DNA of 64,000 nt from a virus (lineage: Duplodnaviria > Caudoviricetes), in the IMG/VR virus record IMGVR_UViG_3300023213_000432, positions 263,424 to 327,423 of that record. One strand, given 5' to 3'. Numbering within the stretch: position 1 is the stretch's first letter; the number at the start of each line of letters is the position of its first letter. The position numbers and the translations under genes were made by a program. Below, piece after piece: positions 56,386-64,000 of this stretch. The notes beneath the pieces were generated by a model. It was not told where the DNA came from and searched no databases. It was given only the letters and a program-made list of their open reading frames with translations.

Positions 56386-57783
56386 ATGCCCGTTGAATCG
56401 CCCGCCGCTATACTTGTTGATATTAATGGTAATCCTATTGGAAGTATTCAAGATGGAACTATTTTCCGCTTGCAAACGGAAGACAAAATTGCCTCTTGGT
56501 TAGGATCCATTGCACCTACTGTTGGACAGAAAACCAGCGCCAGTTCTATCCCAATGGTAATTGCAAGCGACCAAACCGTTATTCCAATTAATGTTGGAGT
56601 AAGCACCATATCGCCAGTAGGAGATACTTTTAATCATATTCGAGTCGCTTCACCCAGCAATCTTTTTGAAGCCAATCACAATTTTGATCTGTTGCCATTA
56701 ACATTTCAATCAGTTCTAACTGGCAGCACGGCGTCTCTAACGTATAGTCAGCCTTATGCGTTATTGAATGTAGGAACGACCAATGGCGATAAAGTTGTTT
56801 TTCAATCCAAACGATACATCGCTTATCAGCCGGGACGTTCTCAAACAGTAAGCATGACTTTCGTGCCGGCAGCTAACAATGCTTTAAGTGGCGCCGGATA
56901 TACTGATGGAACGGATGGAGTAGCTTTTGAGCAAGATAATACTGGTATTTATATCAATTTTGTTTCTTCCACCATTGCCTCTCAAAGAATATTGCAAGCC
57001 AATTGGAATCTTGATACGTTAGATGGATATGGTAGCGCCAAAAATCCTTCTGGAATCCGCCTTGACTGGACACAAGCTCAACATATTTATTTTGATTTTG
57101 CATGGCATGGAGTTGGTATTCTTCGCTGCGGATTTTATCTTAAGGGACAGATTGTTTTTGTTCATCAATTCTTTTTTTCTAATACACAAGCCGGAGCTTT
57201 TTGGCGAACTGGTAGCTTGCCGCTTCAATTCTATGTCAAAAGTTTAGGATCTGCCGCTACCATGAAGGCGATTTGTTCTTCGGTGCATCTCGAGGGAGGA
57301 GCATCTGATGTTGTTGGTTTGATTTGGGCTCAGGGTAGAACTTCAGCTAAATCAGTGACCGGAACATCAGCCATTCCATTAATCACTTTGCGACCATCTT
57401 TAACTCATAATGGTTTAGTTAATCGAGCAACTGTTGTTCCTATTACTTATTCTATCAAAACTGATACGGATGTATTAATTCAACTGATTGTTAATGGAAC
57501 TTTAACAAGCGCTTCTTTTAGTGCCGTTAGTGCTAATGGTTATGCTGATACTGATACCAGTGCTACTGCTATTAGCGGTGGCAGAATAATCGCTACCAGT
57601 TATACAGCCGCTAATAACAGTAATACTAATTCTATTTATTCCGGTGTGGATAGTAGAGTTATCTCGCTAACCTTGGATGTGCCAGGAACAACTCCCGATA
57701 CTATAAGTGTTTGCGCTGTGGTTTTAGGCACGGGCGCCACCGCTAATGTATTCGCTTCCATTCAGTGGCAAGAGCAAAAATAG
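56386..57783 (+). CDS. Putative virion protein with lectin/concanavalin-like domain
   Basis: ESPAAIL N-motif; DTFNHIRVASPSNLF..YQPGRSQ..FAWHGVGILRCGF. Confidence 0.6.
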   Translation: MPVESPAAILVDINGNPIGSIQDGTIFRLQTEDKIASWLGSIAPTVGQKTSASSIPMVIASDQTVIPINVGVSTISPVGDTFNHIRVASPSNLFEANHNFDLLPLTFQSVLTGSTASLTYSQPYALLNVGTTNGDKVVFQSKRYIAYQPGRSQTVSMTFVPAANNALSGAGYTDGTDGVAFEQDNTGIYINFVSSTIASQRILQANWNLDTLDGYGSAKNPSGIRLDWTQAQHIYFDFAWHGVGILRCGFYLKGQIVFVHQFFFSNTQAGAFWRTGSLPLQFYVKSLGSAATMKAICSSVHLEGGASDVVGLIWAQGRTSAKSVTGTSAIPLITLRPSLTHNGLVNRATVVPITYSIKTDTDVLIQLIVNGTLTSASFSAVSANGYADTDTSATAISGGRIIATSYTAANNSNTNSIYSGVDSRVISLTLDVPGTTPDTISVCAVVLGTGATANVFASIQWQEQK

Positions 57784-57814
57784 TGCTTGTATTATTTTGG
57801 TATATCTTTGAATT

Positions 57815-58369
57815 ATGCCCTCTAAAAAAACCATTGAGCGTCAATATCAGCTTATTATGCCCCATATGGAAGCTGCCAATAAATACATGACGGGCTTGCT
57901 TCGTTTTCTACCTTCTGCTGACTTTACGTTAGAAACTAATATTAAACCATTAAATAGCGTAATTCACAAGATGGAAGAACGAAAAGAAAAAAATTTGCTT
58001 CACCTTTCAGATTTAGCTCGTGGGCGTCTTTTTTATTCCGATAATTATACTCAGAACGATGTATTTAAGTTATTGAAACAAATCGCCAAAGACAAGATAA
58101 TCAAAGTGGATCCTAAAAAGGAAAAACATTTTGGATTGAAGTATAAAGGTGTATTGCATTTGGATTTTCAAATTGGACTAATTATCTTTGAGCTACAAAT
58201 TGTTCCAATGGAATTCAAACCATTTAAAAAACTGCTGCATCGGATCTATGAGAAGTTACGCAATGAGAATCATTTGACTAAGCAACAAAAAGAGAAACTC
58301 CAAGAAATTCACAATGCGTTATATGATGATTTAATGCGCAAAGCTAAAGAGAATAGGAAAGATCTCTGA
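57815..58369 (+). CDS. RelA/SpoT-like small alarmone synthetase (SAS) homolog
   Basis: IKPLNSVIHK (Syn1), SDLARGR (Syn2), YKGVLHL (Syn3), FELQI (Syn4), HRIYEK. Confidence 0.7.
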   Translation: MPSKKTIERQYQLIMPHMEAANKYMTGLLRFLPSADFTLETNIKPLNSVIHKMEERKEKNLLHLSDLARGRLFYSDNYTQNDVFKLLKQIAKDKIIKVDPKKEKHFGLKYKGVLHLDFQIGLIIFELQIVPMEFKPFKKLLHRIYEKLRNENHLTKQQKEKLQEIHNALYDDLMRKAKENRKDL

Positions 58370-58408
58370 CAGTAAGAATGTAAAAATATTTAAAATTTCT
58401 TTAAGAAA

Positions 58409-59281
58409 ATGGACACGTATATGAAAGCATTGGTTATTTCTGGTGGAGCGTCGAAAGGTGCGTATGCTGTAGGAATTGTTAATTATTTGCTGGGAGATCT
58501 AAAACAATCGTATGACATTTATGTTGGAACATCGGTTGGTGCGATCAATGCCGCTTATCTCTCAATGTTTAAAAGTGGTGAAGAAGAAAACGCCGCTACA
58601 TCCCTTAAAGAATGGTGGTTAAAGCTCGACAACGCTCATATTTATGCATCTTGGCCGTTTTGGGGAAGATTGGCGGCTGCTTGGAGGAAATCTTTTTTTG
58701 ATAGTTCGCCACTGTATGAATTGATTCATCAAAATATAGATTTAGACAGAATACGTAGTTCTGGTAAGAAAGTAGCGGTTGGAAGCGTGAATCTTCACAG
58801 GGGAAAATATGAGACTTTTACGCAAGACGATGATAATTTTATTGCTGCGATTTTAGCTTCGGCCGCCTTTCCCGCATTTTTTTCTCCCATCAAGATCAAT
58901 AATGATTATTATGTAGATGGAGGTATTAAAAAATTATCTAATATTAAATTGGCAATCCAGATGGGAGCAACATCCGTCGATGTAATTACAACAAGCCCTG
59001 ATATTAGAGATAAAAAGTTCATTCAAGAGCCCAATATAATAGATATTGTTCGAAGGATCCTAGACATGGCGACTGACAAAATTTTATCAAATGATATAGA
59101 GTTAGCCGAAACTTACAATAAATTAGCGGAAGCAGGCTTAACAGATAAAAAGCCAATTAAACTTCGTATTTTGAAACCGCATTACAACCTAGTAGATAAT
59201 GTTCTTGATTTTGATCCCATTAAGATTCGAGAAATGATGGATAAGGGTTACGAAGACGCCCAAGCCAAATACATCCCCTAA
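58409..59281 (+). CDS. Patatin-like phospholipase
   Basis: SGGASKGAY, GTSVGA (GxSxG nucleophile), YVDGG. Confidence 0.92.
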   Translation: MDTYMKALVISGGASKGAYAVGIVNYLLGDLKQSYDIYVGTSVGAINAAYLSMFKSGEEENAATSLKEWWLKLDNAHIYASWPFWGRLAAAWRKSFFDSSPLYELIHQNIDLDRIRSSGKKVAVGSVNLHRGKYETFTQDDDNFIAAILASAAFPAFFSPIKINNDYYVDGGIKKLSNIKLAIQMGATSVDVITTSPDIRDKKFIQEPNIIDIVRRILDMATDKILSNDIELAETYNKLAEAGLTDKKPIKLRILKPHYNLVDNVLDFDPIKIREMMDKGYEDAQAKYIP

Positions 59282-59292
59282 TAATCTCGCAT
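59281..59292 (+). promoter_or_regulatory. Candidate phage promoter motif
   Basis: ATAATCTCGCAT, the consensus-like copy, upstream of gene 59309. Confidence 0.55.
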
Positions 59293-59308
59293 AGAGGCGG
59301 AGTGTATA

Positions 59309-59635
59309 ATGAGTGACACAACTCGGCAGCCGATAACGACTGGTAGAGATCATAATTTTTTTCAAAAAGTAAGTGTTTCGCAGGGTGGCACAGCCTTTGC
59401 TACTAACGCCGATATTATAATCACATTCACTTCTCAAGAGGTTATGTTTGTCAATTTAGGCACAGGAACCGTGGAATATTCTTTTAATGGGTTTAATGTT
59501 CATGGAGAATTGAACTCGGCCAACGTAACTGCCAATTTAACTTTTGAAAATAGGGTAATTGCCAAAATTTGGTTCCGAGTACAAACTGGTAGCTCTGGAC
59601 CTATTACTGTTTCCGTGCAAGCTTGGGGTTCGTGA
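59309..59635 (+). CDS. Small beta-rich putative virion protein
   Basis: 108 aa; GAGG/GGAG RBS. Confidence 0.65.
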   Translation: MSDTTRQPITTGRDHNFFQKVSVSQGGTAFATNADIIITFTSQEVMFVNLGTGTVEYSFNGFNVHGELNSANVTANLTFENRVIAKIWFRVQTGSSGPITVSVQAWGS

Positions 59636-59651
59636 ATAAGTTAAGGAAGTT

Positions 59652-59984
59652 ATGAGCAGAAAATACGATTGGCCCGATATCAAACACATCAACCCTTCGA
59701 TTACTAAAATTGATGCCTCCGATCCTAAAAATTTATCTAATGTAGTTTTGGATGAACGAGAAACCCGCAAGCGACTATTGGGCATGGCGCGCAGTTTAGG
59801 GTGCGAGCATGAAATGATGACTATTTTTGCTAAATACGATAAACTGATGCGAAATTGCACTGATGAGAAAGAACGAGCTGATATGGGAAAATTAGGATCT
59901 TTCGAAGTGTACGCCTTATTAGATAAAGGTGGAAAACTATACGTAGATGGGAAGCTTGTTTACGATAGCAAGGATGGTAAATAA
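59652..59984 (+). CDS. Hypothetical protein
   Basis: 110 aa; AAGGA RBS. Confidence 0.7.
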   Translation: MSRKYDWPDIKHINPSITKIDASDPKNLSNVVLDERETRKRLLGMARSLGCEHEMMTIFAKYDKLMRNCTDEKERADMGKLGSFEVYALLDKGGKLYVDGKLVYDSKDGK

Positions 59985-59994
59985 GGATTTAATT

Positions 59995-60249
59995 ATGAGC
60001 GAAGATAACAAAGAAATTTTCTATGGAACAACTATATTTTTTTCTAACAAGAAAAACTATGGGTTCATCCAGTGGGAAAAAGAAGGTGTCCAGCAACGTG
60101 ATCTTTTTGTCCATTATTCGGACATTAATGTTTCTGGCTTCAAAACTTTAACCAAAGGACAAAGAGTTTCCTTTAAAGTTGGTATGAACCATCATCAAAT
60201 GCCTAAGGCAATTGAAGTTACCCCATTAGAGAATAAGAGTGTTCAATGA
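59995..60249 (+). CDS. Cold-shock domain (CspA-like) nucleic-acid-binding protein
   Basis: KNYGFI (RNP1), DLFVHYSDI (RNP2), GFKTLTKGQRVSF. Confidence 0.9.
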   Translation: MSEDNKEIFYGTTIFFSNKKNYGFIQWEKEGVQQRDLFVHYSDINVSGFKTLTKGQRVSFKVGMNHHQMPKAIEVTPLENKSVQ

Positions 60250-60546
60250 CTAGTGTTTCCAAATGATTTGAATTATTTGAGCAATTAAAGCCAGTATTCC
60301 TGTAATAAATAATACTTGAACCTTAAACAAATCCTTGCTAATATGCTCGTTTTGAGTACTGATCTTCTCACTTTGAGCAATAACTTTTTCTTGATTAGCA
60401 GAAATTTTGGAAAGTTGAGAAATGATTTCTTCATTCTGATCCGCTACTTCTGTTTGGATCTCAACCGCTTTTTTATTGACTTCTAAAATGAGATCCATAT
60501 CTCGTTTTTCGATATGCTGTCCAATATCGATAATTTTTTCTGTCAT
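60250..60546 (-). CDS. Coiled-coil protein with C-terminal transmembrane helix (holin/XhlA-like candidate)
   Basis: Heptad coil followed by VQVLFITGILALIAQIIQIIW. Confidence 0.6.
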   Translation of the reverse strand: MTEKIIDIGQHIEKRDMDLILEVNKKAVEIQTEVADQNEEIISQLSKISANQEKVIAQSEKISTQNEHISKDLFKVQVLFITGILALIAQIIQIIWKH

Positions 60547-60553
60547 TGGAGCC

Positions 60554-60709
60554 TCACTTCGATGTTATATTATTTTTTCGATTCTTGATTTTAGAAATTA
60601 CTAAATCGCATCGTTCATTTAATCTACGATACTGATCGATTAAGGTTTCCTTAGTTTCAGCAGAGGCAGTCTTGATGATAATTTCGGGAGCAATGGTACC
60701 GGCAGACAT
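60554..60709 (-). CDS. Small 51-aa protein missed by the ORF track
   Basis: MSAGTIAPEIIIKTASAETKETLIDQYRRL...; AAAGGA RBS; fills the gap in the minus-strand operon. Confidence 0.7.
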   Translation of the reverse strand: MSAGTIAPEIIIKTASAETKETLIDQYRRLNERCDLVISKIKNRKNNITSK

Positions 60710-60711
60710 AG

Positions 60712-61080
60712 TTATCCTTTTTGAGGTTTGGGTTCGGGCTCTACTATCTCTTCCACAAACTGTTCATCAGTAATACTAAGCTCTTCATATTTTTCTTCTT
60801 TGAGATCAAGAACGGAACGCTGACGAGATGGAACAATAGCTTCCCGATCAATTAAGATGTTAGTGCTCTCAACACTTGGAGGCACTTTTCTCTTTCTTAC
60901 CATACGTCGTTTCTTGAAAATAGAGCCATCTTTAGCAGATTTTTCTAGCTGTTCTTGAGTGTATTGATAATGATCTTCATCCAATAAATTAACAGAGGAA
61001 CGGGCCCGAATGGTTAGGGCCAAATCGGTTAAACTGACATTACGATTAGAAAAGTTAGTCACCCAAAATGTTGGTTTCAC
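60712..61080 (-). CDS. Hypothetical protein
   Basis: 122 aa, GTG start, motif at 61087-61098. Confidence 0.7.
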   Translation of the reverse strand: MKPTFWVTNFSNRNVSLTDLALTIRARSSVNLLDEDHYQYTQEQLEKSAKDGSIFKKRRMVRKRKVPPSVESTNILIDREAIVPSRQRSVLDLKEEKYEELSITDEQFVEEIVEPEPKPQKG

Positions 61081-61086
61081 ACGAAT

Positions 61087-61112
61087 ATACGGCGTTATTC
61101 ATAACCTCGCAT
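61087..61112. promoter_or_regulatory. Back-to-back divergent promoter motifs
   Basis: ATAACGCCGTAT (minus, 61087-61098) and ATAACCTCGCAT (plus, 61101-61112) between divergent genes. Confidence 0.55.
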
Positions 61113-61126
61113 AATAACGAGGACAC

Positions 61127-61462
61127 ATGGGCATTGATAGATTACAATACTTTCCGGGACAACAAGTTACTCTTTTTCTGGAAGTAGTGGATGGATATGG
61201 ACGTGTCAATAGTTTTTCCACGCCACAAATAGATGGTATCTTGATGCCAAACTTTACGCCTTTAATAGGATACCCTCAGCCAATGAATCAATTAGGAAAG
61301 GGACTATATGTTTTTCAATTTACTTTGCCTACAGGAGCGGCGGCAGTAGGGAGTTGGTTAGCAGAAGCGTCCTATACCTATCAGGATGGTTATGTCAATA
61401 GTCAGTTGTATCAGATTGTGGTGCAAGCCGCATTTGGCAATTTCGGTACTACGTCATTTTGA
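61127..61462 (+). CDS. Ig-like beta-sandwich protein (putative structural)
   Basis: GKGLYVFQFTLP..GSW resembles the N-domain of gene 62317; GAGGA RBS. Confidence 0.65.
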   Translation: MGIDRLQYFPGQQVTLFLEVVDGYGRVNSFSTPQIDGILMPNFTPLIGYPQPMNQLGKGLYVFQFTLPTGAAAVGSWLAEASYTYQDGYVNSQLYQIVVQAAFGNFGTTSF

Positions 61463-62286
61463 ATAAATGTCTCAAATTTAACTTTTTTTCTATTCAACCA
61501 AATCGTTGCATCTTTGTATAGAAAATTGTAGATATTAGTAATGCGGCGGTTGCCGCAATACATTATACGTTTAATACTTCCATGATTTGTTATTTTATTT
61601 GCATCTATGATTTTATTTTTAACTAAAATAGCTTGATATTTTTTAACAAAATCGTAAGTTCCCATCATTGAAAAACTACCTTGTCTAATGGTGCGCCCTT
61701 TACCAAGACTAAGATGCGTTATTGTTCCATCGCCATCAAAATATCCTCGCATATAGTGATGTACCAGTGGATGTGTCGAGAGCCATTCAGGAATCGAATA
61801 TATTTTAGTTTTGTTGGGCACGACATTAAATTTTCTCAAATCATTAAATATTTGTTCACTTACTATTTGTATTTCAACGGATTGATGTGATTTTTTCACT
61901 AATTTATTGGGAATAACACAATATTCTTTGATTGGATGATTGCTATCGAAGGCAGCTTTTATTTTTTTTAAATGATCTAGATCCTTTTTGGATAATGTTA
62001 TTTTAAGAATTTTAGAATATTTTCTTTGTTGTAATGAGCCATCGGCCGCAATAAATCCCGCTAAATAAAAAGATTCTTCAGTGGCATTTTGAAAAATGGT
62101 TTCATCGCAGTCATAAAGTCCAGTATAGCGGGGCGCATATGATATTTTATATAATTTCATATACTTGGAAATACTGTCAATTGATACTGATAACTTATCC
62201 GCTATCTTTTGCATGCTGCCAAGTAAATTGTATTCATATTCTAGCATTTCTTTGGTTAATATGCTTTGTAGCCTGTTTTTTCTCAT
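61411..62286 (-). CDS. Free-standing LAGLIDADG homing endonuclease with N-terminal HTH
   Basis: YLAGFIAADG and YMRGYFDGDG; likely start MRKNRL at 62286. Confidence 0.88.
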   Translation of the reverse strand: MRKNRLQSILTKEMLEYEYNLLGSMQKIADKLSVSIDSISKYMKLYKISYAPRYTGLYDCDETIFQNATEESFYLAGFIAADGSLQQRKYSKILKITLSKKDLDHLKKIKAAFDSNHPIKEYCVIPNKLVKKSHQSVEIQIVSEQIFNDLRKFNVVPNKTKIYSIPEWLSTHPLVHHYMRGYFDGDGTITHLSLGKGRTIRQGSFSMMGTYDFVKKYQAILVKNKIIDANKITNHGSIKRIMYCGNRRITNIYNFLYKDATIWLNRKKVKFETFIQNDVVPKLPNAACTTI

Positions 62287-62316
62287 GACTAAAATATATA
62301 ACGATGGGAATAAACC

Positions 62317-63213
62317 ATGAAAAATAGGGGCGAAGTGCTTGACGTGACTGATCAGGTCAATCTCACCATTCAATTTAAAGATCAAAATGGTAATCCCGTC
62401 AATACGGACAGTTTTCCTAAAATTTCAATTATCAACCCAAGTGGATTATTATTGTTAGCTCCAACTTCAGTAGGAGTGTCCCAAATTGATGTTGGCAAAT
62501 ATTCTTACATTTTTACGGTTCCCATAAATGGTCCATATGGTATTTATAGGGACGATTGGGTTGGGTTTGTTACTGGATTTCGGGTGGAGGCACAATTTGA
62601 ATTTGCAGTTCTGCACACTCAGGTCCCCTCTATAAATACCGACGGCTACATTCACTTGGGAGATGACCCCGGCTTTAATTATTCCCAAACTGCCACTAAT
62701 AATATTAACAAACTGATTAAATCACTCAAAGCCAGATTAAATAGTGCTGGCAAAGCTAAATCAGTAGATGGTTATGGAAACGTGGTGTTTCAAGATTGTG
62801 ATATTTTTAGTATTGATATGTTGGTAACGTTTTTGGCTACGATTTTGTGGGATTTTAATCAGGTGCCGTTTTTTACTTTTTTTACTTTTGATGATACTAA
62901 CTTTGTGGATCAGTTTGGAGAGATTTTGGTGGAAGGGGCAACGCTGTATGCATTGGCAAGTAAAGCGTTGATAGAGCGTGGTAGAGAATACGCGATCACC
63001 GACAACGGAATTAACTTTAATCCTCCAACGGTAAGTGAGTTGATGAATACACAGTATAGCACATTGCTTACTCAATATTACGATAAGTTGAAGTTCATCA
63101 AAGCATCCCTTCGTCCAAATCCGAAAGGAATAGGCTTATTCAATATGACGAGCGCCGGCCTTAACCCCGCAGTAAGACGTTTAAGGCACCTTAGGCAGAG
63201 ACAGATAATTTGA
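62317..63213 (+). CDS. Putative neck/head-completion protein with N-terminal Ig-like domain
   Basis: Ig-like N-half; helical C-half (LVEGATLYALASKALIE..NGINFNPP..) resembling head-tail adaptor architecture. Confidence 0.55.
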   Translation: MKNRGEVLDVTDQVNLTIQFKDQNGNPVNTDSFPKISIINPSGLLLLAPTSVGVSQIDVGKYSYIFTVPINGPYGIYRDDWVGFVTGFRVEAQFEFAVLHTQVPSINTDGYIHLGDDPGFNYSQTATNNINKLIKSLKARLNSAGKAKSVDGYGNVVFQDCDIFSIDMLVTFLATILWDFNQVPFFTFFTFDDTNFVDQFGEILVEGATLYALASKALIERGREYAITDNGINFNPPTVSELMNTQYSTLLTQYYDKLKFIKASLRPNPKGIGLFNMTSAGLNPAVRRLRHLRQRQII

Positions 63214-63302
63214 GATATTAATTCCTATTACGGAACGTTTTGCTGGTTATTCGATAATTCCTCTCCTACCACAAGGATAGTGGTTTCCTTGCCCAAAAGA
63301 TC

Positions 63303-64000
63303 ATGAAAAATAAAATGAAAAAATGTTCTCGCTGTCAAATCATAAAAAAAGATAGTGAGTTCTCCCCATCTCAATTTAAACGAAGCGGTGGGCGATGTCG
63401 CTTTTGTAATACAGAAATTGCTCGAGAATATCGAGCACAAAATCCAGAAAAAATTAAAGCATACTATGCCGAATATTCTCCAAAATATTATCAGAAAAAT
63501 AGAGAAAAGATTTTAGTAGAACATAGGGAATATTATTCAAAAAATAAAGAAAGAAAATTAGAATGGCAAAAAGAATATCATCAGAAAAATAGAGAAAAAC
63601 GTCTTGCCTATAATAAGCAATATTATCAAGATAACAAAGAAAAATTAAAGAAATACGATCAAGAATATCGATTGAATAATATTGAAGATGTTAGAAAATA
63701 TCAAAATAATTATAGCAAAAAACGTCGGATAAATGATTCTAATTTTAGAATACGTTGCGCTCTTTCCACCAATATTGGGTATTGGCTTAAATCTAATGGT
63801 TCGTCCAAAAACGGATACTCAATTCTTCAATATCTACCATATACGGTCAATGAATTAAAAGAACATCTTGAAGGACAATTTGAGTCTTGGATGAATTGGA
63901 ATAATTATGGAAGATACAATGCTAAAACTTGGAACGATAATGATCCAAATACTTGGGTATGGCAAATTGATCATATTATTCCGCACTCATCGTTTTGTTA
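63303..64000 (+). CDS. HNH homing endonuclease (3'-partial, absent from the ORF track)
   Basis: CSRC..CRFC Zn finger, YYxKNxEK repeats, ELKEHLEGQF..MNWNNYG..WQIDHIIP; runs off the window end. Confidence 0.85.
   Translation, partial: MKNKMKKCSRCQIIKKDSEFSPSQFKRSGGRCRFCNTEIAREYRAQNPEKIKAYYAEYSPKYYQKNREKILVEHREYYSKNKERKLEWQKEYHQKNREKRLAYNKQYYQDNKEKLKKYDQEYRLNNIEDVRKYQNNYSKKRRINDSNFRIRCALSTNIGYWLKSNGSSKNGYSILQYLPYTVNELKEHLEGQFESWMNWNNYGRYNAKTWNDNDPNTWVWQIDHIIPHSSFC

Noticed and set aside
1-64000. Alternative genetic code (TAG or TGA recoding)
   Set aside because: Long conserved genes are intact in code 11, and TAG, TGA and TAA all terminate ORFs at sensible operon junctions.
1-64000. Eukaryotic giant-virus origin suggested by the Zn-ribbon and HNH families
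   Set aside because: SD sequences, ATGA/TAATG coupling, intrinsic terminators and terminase-portal-capsid genes indicate a prokaryotic tailed virus.
1-64000. tRNA, rRNA, CRISPR array or DGR
   Set aside because: No cloverleaf, repeat-spacer array or reverse transcriptase was recognised; intergenic gaps are mostly short. A tRNA scan was not run.

Overview
The window is 64 kb of a large, AT-rich tailed dsDNA phage (Caudoviricetes, probably a jumbo phage) using the standard genetic code, with Shine-Dalgarno sites and overlapping start/stop codons. It opens in the 3' part of a DnaG primase and a sigma-region-4-like gene, then runs through an unusually long head module: terminase large subunit (21052), intein-split portal (22987), lytic transglycosylase-like protein, protein-tyrosine/dual-specificity phosphatase, intein-split prohead protease/scaffold (31334), two paralogous decoration-like proteins, HK97-type major capsid protein (51742) and a probable neck protein (62317). 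These are interleaved with about 20 uncharacterised acidic/helical proteins. An inverted block of Thr/Ser/Gly-rich virion proteins lies at 6951-15231. About a fifth of the window is selfish nuclease DNA: 11 free-standing homing-endonuclease-like genes, 2 LAGLIDADG inteins, an IS200/IS605-type IsrB element with omegaRNA, and an orphan IS end beside an endonuclease scar. Accessory genes include a class II nucleotidyltransferase with altered templating residues, two amino-methyltransferases, a RelA/SpoT-like small alarmone synthetase adjacent to a patatin, and a cold-shock protein. The most interesting patterns are a recurring K-x-A motif plus a shared helical-hairpin module across many head proteins (candidate maturation-cleavage and head-addressing system), a probable nested scaffold gene with its own promoter motif and RBS, a 12-bp candidate phage promoter found about 18 times, and the SAS-patatin pair. 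All assignments come from motif recognition by eye; no searches or statistics were run.
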